Shown in pieces: positions 11,482-22,515 of a stretch of DNA of 64,000 bases. Source of the stretch: Octopus sinensis (Eukaryota). Within the stretch, counting starts at the first letter, position 1. Each line of letters begins with the position of its first letter. Below the pieces are notes generated by a model. It was not told where the DNA came from and made no database searches. It saw only the letters and a program-made list of their open reading frames with translations. The stretch is from NCBI RefSeq assembly GCF_006345805.1, contig NC_043001.1:10540001-10604000 (forward strand). Direction: 5' to 3'. Both the position numbers and the translations under genes were made by a program.

Positions 11482-11538
11482 AGTGTCACAACTTACAAAT
11501 TTGGGAGATGGAATTGTTTGAAACTGAAGTATTTTTAA

Positions 11539-11845
11539 CCCCTTACCCAACAATTATTTTGAAAATAAATGTATTTTTTCAGACATATTTTTTAATTGTT
11601 TTATTTTACTATGTTTTGAATGGTGATTTCGAGGTATATTTCAAACGTTATTTATTATGAATTTTAATTCAATAATATTGATTTTAAATTACCGCTTTGG
11701 GCAAAAACGAGTTAACCCATTTTTAGACAAAGGAACTCGTTTGCTGTCGATTTTGGCGAGTCTATCTTTTGACGAGTTAACTCGCCAGAGATGGAAAAAA
11801 CGATTTCGGTCAAAACGCATATATTCGTTTCTGCCGGGTAAGGGG
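11539..11845. mobile_element. piggyBac-type MITE (307 bp), third family
   Basis: TTAA at 11535 and 11846; perfect 10-bp TIR CCCCTTACCC / GGGTAAGGGG. Confidence 0.85.
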
Positions 11846-12013
11846 TTAAATGTTACTTTAAAAAAATATAATAATAATAATACTCTTGTTTTTGTTCTGC
11901 TCTCATCTACTTTCTCATTATCTAGTTTAAAGTAGGTCTCCATTTATGTTATAAATGTTGACTGGAATTTTAAATTTTACGTATCTTTATGACTATTCAA
12001 TTTTCTCTGATAG

Positions 12014-12150
12014 ATTTATATATGACACCTAAAAAAAAGACAGAAACCTTTGAGCCTAATCATTATGGGGTTATTCGAGGCAAGACGCCACCAGGAAATA
12101 TATATGAAGATACAAATTGGTCTCGTCAAGAACAAAATAGTCGAATGCGA
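12014..12150 (+). CDS. NPHS1: Internal coding exon of nephrin-like gene: DLYMTPKKKTETFEPNHYGVIRGKTPPGNIYEDTNWSRQEQNSRMR
   Basis: ttttctctgatag acceptor and CGA|gtaagt donor; 137 nt, phase 1 to 0; inside ORF 11989..12204. Confidence 0.9.
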
Positions 12151-13512
12151 GTAAGTAATGGACTGTACAGGGGACCTTTTTCTTCTTTCAGCACCTTATT
12201 CTAAGATTATTATTTTGTTTTTCATTTTTTTTCCCTGATATTCGTTTAATTTTTATGATTTCTTTTCATTTACTTTGACTATGAGTTTTAAAGCTATTGT
12301 GAAAGTGATAATGTTTGTGAAATATAGCGCTGCATTTTACTGATTAATAATATATAATTATTGAAGTGTAATTAAGTGTAGCTAGCTCCAAGATCTATAA
12401 GTGCCTAAAAGAAATAGTTGTATCTACTTGAATGAAAGTTTTGTAGAGTACTTTTATTACTGCTAGGTGAAATATTTTAACTGTTGTCTTTTGCAGTTTA
12501 GTATCATTTTATTACTCTGGAATATAGTTTGCTTACAAAATCAACTTTTTATTCCAAACTTTACTGCTTTGTCAGTTTGGCATTGCTTGAATAGTTTCCG
12601 GAATCTGTTTTCTTAATGAAAGTTTAATTAGATTAAGTAATATAAGAATAAAAATAGTTGTCATTTAAATTTGAAATGCAAAATGATTTATAGAATACAC
12701 AAACTTGAAGATGGTGTAGTTTGTTTCATTAACCTTTTTAAGTTGTTTGGAATTGATATTATTTTTCTGATACAGTCTTGTTAAAATTCTTCACTTTTAA
12801 TGACTTCTGAAAACGAAGAGGATAAAAATGAGTTTCTTATACTTTTGAAGTATGGAAATGAGCCACACTATATTAAAAATGTAAATTTATATAAAAAGAA
12901 TTTTTTAACAAATAACCCAACGACCACTTTCATGTCAATTCCAAACACAATTTCAATTATCTATATATGAATAGTGATTTTCTTTACCCACTTTTTTTTT
13001 GTTTTATAAGAGCATTTTTAATTTCTTAATTGGTGACAATATCTTAACTTCAATTTTTGCTTTTTATTTTTTCTTTCTCTGTCAGGAAAATTTAATTATA
13101 ATGTCGGTATTTCTGATGGCGCATTTTCTTTCTTTCCTAAGTAGTAAATGGCAGTTGTACCAGTCATTACAGCAATACATTAATTTCTATTGTTCTGTCA
13201 GTGTTGTACCTTTACATGTGTTTTATAAAACTCTTTCACTGAAAGGTTCTTTTTTAAGCTTCAATAGTAATTTTTAAATAACAATTATATTTCTTAAATA
13301 TATCCTAATTATACTCAAGAAGTTAGCAGGAGACCTTAGGGTAAGAGTTATTTAGAGCGAGAGCTATTTGGCAGATGGGGCTTGTCATAAGCTTCTAAAT
13401 TCATCTTTCCATTCATATTAAATTTTAATTTTTTTTTGTGGTGGCGGGGTTTCACATTTAAAAGCCAGTTATAGCCTTTAATAAAGAAATAGTTGAAGCA
13501 TATAGCAAACTA

Positions 13513-13992
13513 TTGGGTTGTCCGGAAAGTTTGTGCCAATTTTTAAAGGAAAGAAAAAGGCCAATAAATACTTGCCATTACATTTTAATCAACCATTTCA
13601 TTGCACAATGCGTCTCCATCTTTCCTTTAACTTGAAAATACCCTCTTCCTAGAATTGAGGTGGTTTCATGGCAAAGAATTCATTGAGGTATCTTTTTACA
13701 TCATCCAAGGAATTGAAATTTTTACCATTAACCCTTTCGTTACCGTATTTATTTTGGGATGCTCTGAGTTTCTTTTAAGTATTTTAAATATGACAAAGAA
13801 TTTAGTAAATTAACTTCGTTATCATTAAGCTAGTGTTAGGAACATAACTTGTGACTAAGGTTTGGTGGAAAATTTTAATTCAAAACTTATGAAAACAAAA
13901 CATTTGTACTACAGAGCCAGAGCCGGTTTCAGCCGGGTTGGTATCAAAAGGGTTAAGACTATTCTGCAGAGACCTGAATAAGTTTGCACTGG
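13513..13992 (-). mobile_element. Mariner (Tc1/mariner) transposon end with transposase C-terminal remnant, interrupted by a piggyBac MITE
   Basis: TA + TTGGGTTGTCCGGAAAG terminus; after removing 13732-13956 the minus strand reads LFRSLQNSLNGKNFNSLDDVKRYLNEFFAMKPPQF*EEGIFKLKERWRRIVQ*NG. Confidence 0.85.
13732..13952. mobile_element. piggyBac-type MITE (221 bp)
   Basis: TTAA TSDs at 13728 and 13953; TIRs CCCTTTCGTTACC / GGTATCAAAAGGG. Confidence 0.85.
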
Positions 13993-14003
13993 TCTTCCTT
14001 TAA

Positions 14004-14221
14004 CCCCTTAGCATTTAAACTGGCCATATCAGACTAGTATTCAACACGGTTTGTGTTCAAACCAGCCAGGTCAGGCCTTTCACACCTGCCCTACAATGTT
14101 GTCCTCAAAATAAACAGTCATATCATTGAAACCTTGAAGCTGCAAGAGAATGTGTGATTAATTCGAAACAACGTGAATAAACAAGAATCATATTTGAAAA
14201 GGAAATCTGAAAAGTAAAGGG
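14004..14221. mobile_element. piggyBac-type MITE, second family
   Basis: TTAA-CCCCTTAGCATT start and ...AGTAAAGGG-TTAG end. Confidence 0.65.
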
Positions 14222-15691
14222 TTAGTCTGACTTCCTCCTGAATAGAGTTTTGAACAGGTGTCTCTTCTAATTATCCTGTCACTATTACAAATATCTGTTG
14301 CTGAAACTTTTACCTCTCCATGCTATCATTCCTTACCTTATTCTTACCTGTACTTTATGTAAAGGTACTGGCCTTCAGTTGTAGTTTGATCAGTTTATTT
14401 CTAACTAATTCTTGTAGGTGTCAGATGTATGCAGTTCTCTGACTGATTGGAACAGATGTTTGGTGAAGTAGTTGATTGGTAACGTAGAAGTAGGACGTGA
14501 TAATACTAATTGGGGTCTGAAGGTTAATATCATGGATTTGCTCTCTCTCGTAGGCAGATCAGAACACATGAAACGGTGAAAGTAGGGCAGTAGTTGTAGT
14601 CGCAGATTAAGACCTATTAAAGAGAAATCTCTTGAGGAGGAGAACTTTATTGATGTTGCTCTCACACATGCCCCCATTAAAAACAAAGGATAGAAAAAAA
14701 GAAAAAGAAATATGCCGATGAAAGGAATTAAAAGTTGCTATGCAAAAGAAGTTATTGAATTTATATCATATTTCTTATTTAAGTTTTTTAACACAGCATT
14801 TACTCCTTAAAGACTAATACAATCTCTTTGAAACTTTAACTATTGATCATTTCTGTTTAGTCTGGTATTAAATTTAAGTACTTGTACTGCTTTTGATCAA
14901 ATCCGCTGACTTTTCTCACTAATTAAATTATTACTGCTCTCCTCTTTACATTTATTTTTTTTCCCACCTAACCTGAAATTACAATGGCCACCATTAATGT
15001 TGACAGCCACATGTCAAATCCATTTCAGTAATTTTTTCCTTTTTTTTTATCTTTATTTTTGTCATTGCATTTTTTAAAGCAGTTTTTTTTTAATTTGCTC
15101 TTCTTTGTATGTTTTCTTGTTCACTTTTTTTTTCACTCCAATTTTAATCATTTATTTTTTTTCTTCTTTGGAAAATTAACATCAATTATAGCAACAGCTT
15201 TAGAATAGATAATAGAGTGCTAAGAACATAGGTGCTGCAGAAGACTAAAACACAAGAATTTTTTTTTTAAAAAACCCCACAGCGTTACCAAAGTAATATC
15301 TCTTTTCTAAGGGTAAAAATAAAATTAATAGAATGAGATTTTCATTTTCTTGTTCGAATGAAAAATTGTTAATACTAGTGGATATAGTTGTTTGTGGAGC
15401 GCTTTAGTTGTAATTAATTTTCACTTTCGATGATGTCGGTAGCTTCTTTACTTTGTTTTATTTTCAAGTTTTTAGTAACATAACTATCTTTATTTCAACA
15501 AAAGTTTTGTTTTATATAATTTTCTGTTCCTTTTGTGTATTTTATACAGATTTGTTTCATATATTTTTATGTCTAATTAATGTGGTTTCCTTTTTATTCA
15601 TATAGGATCTGTAATATATTAAAACAATCCTTTTTAATTCCTTGTGTACCAAGGCAAATGTTTTCTCCAATGAAACAAGCAAAATTTGAAA

Positions 15692-15977
15692 ATATTCTGT
15701 TGTGTCTGGGGAGAGTCATTTTCTTTTTGTGCCACTCACCGGTAAAATTTCCACTTTTTTTTTTTTGCATCTTGCAACCTTTTCAATATTGAAAAGGTTG
15801 CAAGATGCAATGAAAATTTTAGGAAAATAAAAATAAGGAAAAAGTGGAAATTTTACCAGTGAGTGTGTTACATTAAAAGGCACAAAAAGAAAATGACTCT
15901 CCCCAGACACAACAGAATATGCTTCAAGACACGAACTCATATAAAGAATCTTGCAAACCAAATCCAAAAACGAAATA
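15692..15977. mobile_element. Family G unclassified repeat arranged as a fold-back (inverted partial copy + full copy)
   Basis: Centre CAATATTG at 15784-15791; 11-bp flanking direct repeat TTGAAAATATT at 15686 and 15978; further copies at about 51420-51612 and 52305-52580. Confidence 0.75.
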
Positions 15978-16245
15978 TTGAAAATATTAGTTAAATGTTT
16001 ACATCCAGAAATAGAAAGCAACTTCTATATATTTCCCATAACTTATTGATTCAATCCACCCCTATCCATTTTTTACTGGGTGGTTTGATAAAATAGATAC
16101 AAGTTGTAGACGATGAGGCATTTGGTCATCTCTGTAGTTTGATTAACTTTTATATTAGTTTTTTTTTTAATGAGACATCATCCAATCAGGCTAATTGCCC
16201 AGGCCAGTCTGACTACCCCTCTCCATTCCTCCTGATCTTCCATTA

Positions 16246-16620
16246 GTGTTATTAAGTTTTCAACTGCAAGCTGTTGTATATACATCTTCTGTGGTCTTCC
16301 AGCCACTGTGGTACCATGATTTGGTGTCCACAGCAACACTTTCTTCTTTGCTTCCCCAGCAGTGGTCAGCAGACCTCAATCTCTGCTTTTGGATGGTTGA
16401 TGAAAGAGTCAGTACATTCCCATATAACAGTTTTGTTGAGTGCTCCGTCCAAGAGATGTTGAACACTGCATGTAACATTCCAGAAACTCATACTGCATCA
16501 ATCGTCATGCAGATTACCAAGGGGTCATGCCCAGGGGTGCCGGTTCTGACATCTGCATTCAACAAGTCAGCTACAGAACCATTTTATTAGTACCTTCTCC
16601 TATCTTTAATGTACCTCTGG
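16246..16620 (-). mobile_element. Old LINE fragment, RTE-like RT C-terminal region
   Basis: ORF 16260..16478 MLHAVFNISWTEHSTKLLYGN...TIQKQRLRSADHCWGSKEE resembles the MLRAxxNISW...RLRFAGHCWRSKEE motif of RTE-type elements. Confidence 0.6.
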
Positions 16621-18430
16621 CCTGTCATCTTAGCACTGTTGTCCTGTTTTGTGGCTCACCTTCGAACATGATAGGGTAATGAAAGAAATCATGGGGCAAA
16701 GTTCAGTCTCACTTTTCAGAAGTTAGCAAACTTATTTTTGATAAACTGGTATCCTAGTCAGAGTGGGAAGGCGTCCGTCTTTACCACTTCCACTTGACAC
16801 TACAGGAACCGGAACACTGACCGAGCTTCTACATAGTTATCCAAATTACTTATCGTCCTCAGATCACATTCTTCTGTCCTATGAAAATAAGTCATATTCG
16901 ATATTGAAGTCCTAGATGCACTCTGCCTGAAAAATTATGGAATGAATTTCCTTTTTAAATATTACCAATAAATATATTACCAATAGTGTTTAAGTATCAA
17001 TTAATTACAGAAGTAATATCACCTGATACATATTTTATTTCTCATCTTTTAGTTAAGATGGAAAGCAGTGCACTTCTGACTCTTTACTTGGCTTCCATGA
17101 CTGATGTATGTGTTGGGGAGATATTTTCAAAGTGAAGGTTTATAAGTTGCCACATGATGGTGTGAGATCATGTGACAGATTAAATCTACCACCCACAGTG
17201 ACAAAAGTATATTCCCTGCATTATATGTTATATGACAACACTTGTTATATTAGAAAAATAAACCCATTAAACTCATACTTATATCTTTTGGGGGGGACAA
17301 ACAGAGAGATATAGTGACACACTACCAACTCCCAAGACTACTTCATTGTTCACTTAGTTGATTCATAGAATCTATTCTCCAACCACCAAGTTTTTAAATA
17401 ATCATCTTCTTTAAACTTCTGACCTTTCTCTGTATCTCAGTTTATAAGACATTCGTTTAATTTTTACCCATTTTCATTAACATAAAAAAATTGAAACTGA
17501 GAAAAAAAAACATTACCTAATTTTTTTTCATTTTTCCTTTTCTGTGAAGAAGGAAGAAATTTGTTGACTGATGTATGTCAAAAAAAAAAAATGGTTAAAA
17601 TGTCTTTTTTGCAAAACATTAAAAAATTACATTGAAAATTTCTAAGTCACTTAAACTATGTCACTTTTTATTCCTTTTAGCTCTTTGAGAGAAAAAATGT
17701 AATAATAAAAATATTTTTAAAAATCACTTTCTGAAACAGTTAATAGCAAACAAAATTACTTTAGTATTTCTCATAATTTTCTTTATTATTATTATTATCC
17801 TAAATACTAATTTCATGCATAAAATTTTCTTTCTGAATACTACAATTAACAAGAAATTGTAACGAGGCACACACGAACTGGTGAAACATAAAACCCTAAA
17901 GTGACACCATACACAAAAACAAAAAGAGCCTGAACCTTAGTGTTTTTGTTTTCTTTCTTCTCTCTACAATATAGCTACTCACGATAGTGTTGATTATAAA
18001 ATTAAGTCGTTAGCAAGAACCATTATTCTGTTTCACAAATCTTTCTGTTATATATATATTGCCATATTGGATTAAGATTTCTTAGTTCAAAACTTATTCA
18101 GGAAAAAAAAAAAAAAAATTTTTTTAACCATACAGATAGTGTTTCCCCCCTTTTCCCTTTATTTCAACATTAATTTGCTTCCCTGCTTTATTCTTATTCA
18201 TTTATCTTGATTTCATGGAGGAAAGCAAATTTCAATTTTACTTTTTTATTTTCATTTATATGTTAATAGTATTTTGCTATTATTATTATTATGAATATTA
18301 TTATTATTATTATTATTATTTTGATTAGAAAACCGTAAATTTTGCATGACACTCTGGCTCTTTATTATACGCATGTCAGTGTGCATAGGTTTCTTTCTGA
18401 TGTTGTATGTCTTTGTGCCATTATTTTCAG

Positions 18431-18644
18431 AATGGAATGGTAGGGGACTACCTTGAACGTGCACCCAGCCGTCCATGCAGCCGAGCCGGTAAGACACCAC
18501 CCCCTCCACCAGTGCGTACCTCCAGCCGGGGGGCCACCGACTCTGCTGCCGCCGCTACTACCTTGTCATTAGAAAACCATGCCCCTCCGTTGCCTGCACG
18601 TCTCTATGGCTCTCAGGACTTGCCTAATTATACACCTTCTCCAG
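18431..18644 (+). CDS. NPHS1: Internal proline-rich coding exon of nephrin-like gene: NGMVGDYLERAPSRPCSRAGKTPPPPPVRTSSRGATDSAAAATTLSLENHAPPLPARLYGSQDLPNYTPSP
   Basis: ttattttcag acceptor and CAG|gtgtgt donor; 214 nt, phase 0 to 1; GC-rich island in an AT-rich intron; contains class II SH3 ligands PPPPVR and PPLPAR. Confidence 0.92.
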
Positions 18645-19844
18645 GTGTGTAGTTTACTGTAGTTACAGCTGAAACACTTGTATATTATTTACTCTATGGT
18701 TATCCTAGGAAACTCTCTTTTTTATTAATAATTTCAAAACCATTATTGGTGAAGGGAAAAACATTCCCCAAAGCACAAACTCTCTCTTTTCTTCTTTCTG
18801 AGGCTATTTATTAAACCCATGCTTCTTTGTACTAATACATTAATTACTAACAGTAACTTCATAATGAAATGTCAGCTTAAGTCTTGTGTAATAATATACC
18901 TCACATTTTTACAATTTATTTACTATACTTTCCTGTGTTTCATTTAACAAGTAGTATCAGAATATCAGAGAAGTGTAGTCAGAAATCAGATTGAGTCTAA
19001 AAGTCTCTCTAGGGAAAATATGTTATATGTTAACAAAAACCTATCAATTGTTTTGGCTAGCAATTTACCATGTTCTCTCTTTTTCTTGTTCATGTCAAAA
19101 ATCTAATATGTATCAAGCTTTTTATAACTTTCTACACATCTGAAGGCTACCACATAGATTTCCAAGTTATTAATTGTAATAGTACCTCATTGTTCTCCCA
19201 TTTACTAATACCATTCTACATCAACTCTCCAGCCATAAGTCTCCTATGCATTTCGCTTCATCTCAGCCTTTGACTTCATTCTATCTAATTGCAGTTTTAC
19301 TCTTGACTTTTTGCATTTTATTCCATTCGTCCACTACAAATATGTCTATCTTCCTCTTTTGTTTCTATTCTTGAATCTCCTGTTCCTTCACTTTCAATTT
19401 ATTAATATTGGTCTGTTGTTGCCTTTCCTATATATTTCATACAGAAGTTTGTTGCTGGTCAGCTGCCTTGTCACATTACCGCATATTTTATTACTGGCAA
19501 AAGACATGCAATTAGTTTACATACCTACTTTCACTTTCACTTTTAAATTTGTAATCATTTGGCTGTTTTTGATTTGTAGTTCTTTTGAACTACTTCCTAT
19601 TTTCTAGTTTTTCTTTTCCACCCTGCTGTGTGTGTGTGTGTGTGTGTCTTAGTGTTTCTATAGTTAGCTTTTCTCATAATGACGGATCTATAATGGTGTT
19701 AGCAATGTTTCTGCTAATCTTAGTATATTTCTCTTAACTTTACTGAACTGGCTGTGATCAATTAGTTTCAATACAACAAATACAACACTGATCCTAGCTT
19801 ACTGAAACTTGACTTTCAATTTACATGAAATGCTACTGATGGTG

Positions 19845-20225
19845 TACTCTTTACTCTCTTTTACTCTTTTACTTGTTTCAGTCAGTTGACTGTGGCCAAG
19901 CTGGAGCACCGCCTTTAGTCGAGAAAATCGACAAGCCCAGTTCTTATTCTATCGGTCTCTTTTGCCGAACTGCTAAGTGACGGGGACGTAAACACACCAG
20001 CATCGGTTGTCAAGCAATGCTAGGGGGACAAACACAAACACACACATATATATATATACATATATATATGACAGGCTTCTTTCAGTTTCCGTCTACCAAA
20101 TCCACTCACAAGGCATTGGTCGGCCCGGGGCTATAGCAGAAGACACTTGCCCAAGATGCCACGCAGTGGGACTGAACCCGAAACCATGTGGTTGGTTAGC
20201 AAGCTACTTACCACACAGTCACTCC
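19845..20225 (-). mobile_element. Family B tRNA-derived SINE with internal CA/TA microsatellite and (GAGTAAAA)n tail
   Basis: Reverse complement of GGAGTGGCTGTGTGGTAAGTAGC...GGTTCAGTCCCACTGC head; shared with many copies in the window. Confidence 0.85.
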
Positions 20226-21251
20226 TTTACATCTCATGTAAAGTAAAGTACAAATGAAGCTTCCAGAATACCGTGTGAGTGTTGTGTGATTCAGCTTTCA
20301 TTCCCAGTATGAATTACCTCTTTTAAGTTGCTACAGTCCATATGAATGGCAGGAACATAGCATTTCCTTCCTCGGTTTCTATGAACTTGTACATATACAC
20401 ATTGAAGATGAGGGAAGGAAATGACCCTCTATTTTGCAACCCGACTGGTTTCTATGTTATTTGTGTAATATTTTTTTTTACATCAAGTTTGAAAAGTATT
20501 TTCCTTTGCTGCTTATAACAGTCGATTTAAAACTCAAAGTTTTCTAGTCTTAGTAATTTTCTGATGATTTTTCTTTCTAAAAAGATGCAAAGACAGGTTT
20601 TGAATATACTGTGCCCTTAAAATTATTTTACTGATTCATAGATATAGAAGGGGATAGTCAATAGGGATTATGTTAAATAAATATAAGTAATGCAACAATT
20701 TCTCTGAGCAATCTTCTCAAATTGTGTAAAGTTATTCATGATGGCCGGAGGTAAACTGTGATGGATATTAATTTTGAATTTAATGTTGTTATTGTTTGGT
20801 CATCTTCAATTAATTCCACAATACTTGACTAATTGCAGTTTATTAATATTTGAATTTTGTATCATGTCTAACCTACTTATATATTTCACTGTATCAACCA
20901 GACTGTACACCGCTAGTGATGATGCCACTTCACTGGCGAGCAGGCCATCATTCCCTCTGATCAGGATGCCAGGCTGCTGCAAGGTTATCCATTTACAGCC
21001 AAGTGAACTTAGCAGTAATAAAAGAAAGCAAAGCTTTATAGAAAATTCTTTTTTCTTAAACTCATTTTCACATCCACTCTTTGGTCTAAAATTTAAGCTC
21101 AAATTTTCAACTAAAAGGATGGGGGAAAAAAAAGGGGGGAATTTTTACTTCTTACTCAGACTGCCAGCTTAAGAGATATGCAATTTCTGTTAGAAATTTC
21201 TGTACAAATTAGAATGTCTCTTCTAATTTGTAATGGATTTTGTTTGATGAA

Positions 21252-21782
21252 CCATCATCATGGTTTAACGTCCATTTTCCATGCTAGCATGGGTTGGATG
21301 GTTCGAATGGGGTCTGGGAAGCCAGGAAGGCTGCACCAGGCTCCAGTCTGATCTGGCAGCATTTCTACAGCTGGATACCCTTCCTAATGCCAACCACTCC
21401 ATGAGTGTAGTGGGTGCATTTTACATGCCACCAGCATGGAAGCCAGTCAAGGCGGCACTGACATCAGCCACATTCAGATGGTGCTTTTTACATGCCACCA
21501 GCATGAGGATCGCAACTACAATTTCCATTTGATTTTCATTTTGATGTTGATGTACTTGACTCAATAGGTCTCCTCACGTCGCCCTACGATCCAAAGTACT
21601 TTTGAATGGGCGGGGCTGGTTATGCAAAACTGGTGTAGGATACAGCCATGAACTCACTTTATTTGCCGGGTCTTCGTGGCCACAGCACATCTCCAGAGGT
21701 CTTGGTCTTTCATCATTGCTTCTATGAGGCCCAACATTCAAAGGTCATGCTTCACCACCTCATCCCATCTCTTCCTGGCTCT
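21252..21782 (-). mobile_element. 5'-truncated RTE LINE: RT C-terminal remnant joined to the family C 3' UTR
   Basis: Minus 21778-21654 reads RKRWDEVVKHDL*MLGLIEAMMKDQDLWRCAVATKTRQIK*, followed by family C sequence; links family C to RTE. Confidence 0.8.
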
Positions 21783-22184
21783 GCTATGTTAATCAGTTTC
21801 ATGATTTTGTGATTTAACTTTGTGTCTTATCGTTATTTGCATTCAGATGTGACAGGTTATTCTAATACATTGTTATTGATAAGTTAATCCACGATTTGCA
21901 ACAGAAACTCGGAAAAATCTTCACAGTTGTGTCAGTTTACTTATTACCTGATTTGGCTTTTTTTAATAAGCTGAATGCTGTGTATTTTTGTAGTTTTTTT
22001 GCTCTACCTAGAACAGAATAATTGTGCTTTGGGGGGGTTATATATGATGAACAGTTATAACCTAATCATCAGAGAGCTAAACCATTAGTGAATTGAATTA
22101 TTCCCCTTCTAGTTTAAGATATATAGTATTATTCTTTGATAGTATATAAATAAAATAATGAATTATATATATATATATATATAC

Positions 22185-22290
22185 ATATATAAAATATTAC
22201 TTTATAAAAATAGGGTAAAGTAAAATAATTTACTTTACCACACACCAAGCTTTACTTTACCCTATTTTTATAAAGTAATATTTTATATAT
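22185..22290. repeat. Perfect 40-bp inverted repeat with 26-nt spacer
   Basis: 22185-22224 is the exact reverse complement of 22251-22290. Confidence 0.95.
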
Positions 22291-22497
22291 ACCGTAAATG
22301 GTCATTTTACATACCGAACACTGCTCGGTCGAATTAATTAATAATTAATTAATTCTACCCTTCTTTATTGACTATATACATATATATATATATATTCAGA
22401 GAATTTTATTGTTATTATATATACAAGGATATTTATTTCTAAAGTAATTTTCTCTTGAAGTATTTAGTGAGTTAGCTTTCACATTCCCTGCCCCCAG

Positions 22498-22515
22498 CGG
22501 CAGTCCAGGAGTCAA
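22498..22515 (+). CDS. NPHS1: Candidate 18-nt frame-preserving microexon (adds AAVQES before the terminal exon)
   Basis: cacattccctgcccccag|CGGCAGTCCAGGAGTCAA|gtaagc; open in phase 1; UGC 7-9 nt upstream of the exon; strong donor. Confidence 0.55.

Noticed and set aside
11657-11943. Overlapping 84-92-aa ORFs on both strands
   Set aside because: They lie largely within the TTAA-flanked MITE and have no splice signals in phase with the gene.
14405-14686. Coding-looking stretch (for example RRLRPIKEKSLEEENFIDVALTHAP on +)
   Set aside because: All frames behind the available acceptors hit stops and no family could be recognised; probably a decayed TE.
20774-21172. 132-aa ORF
   Set aside because: It spans a SINE fragment and AT-rich intron; no splice sites or recognisable domain.
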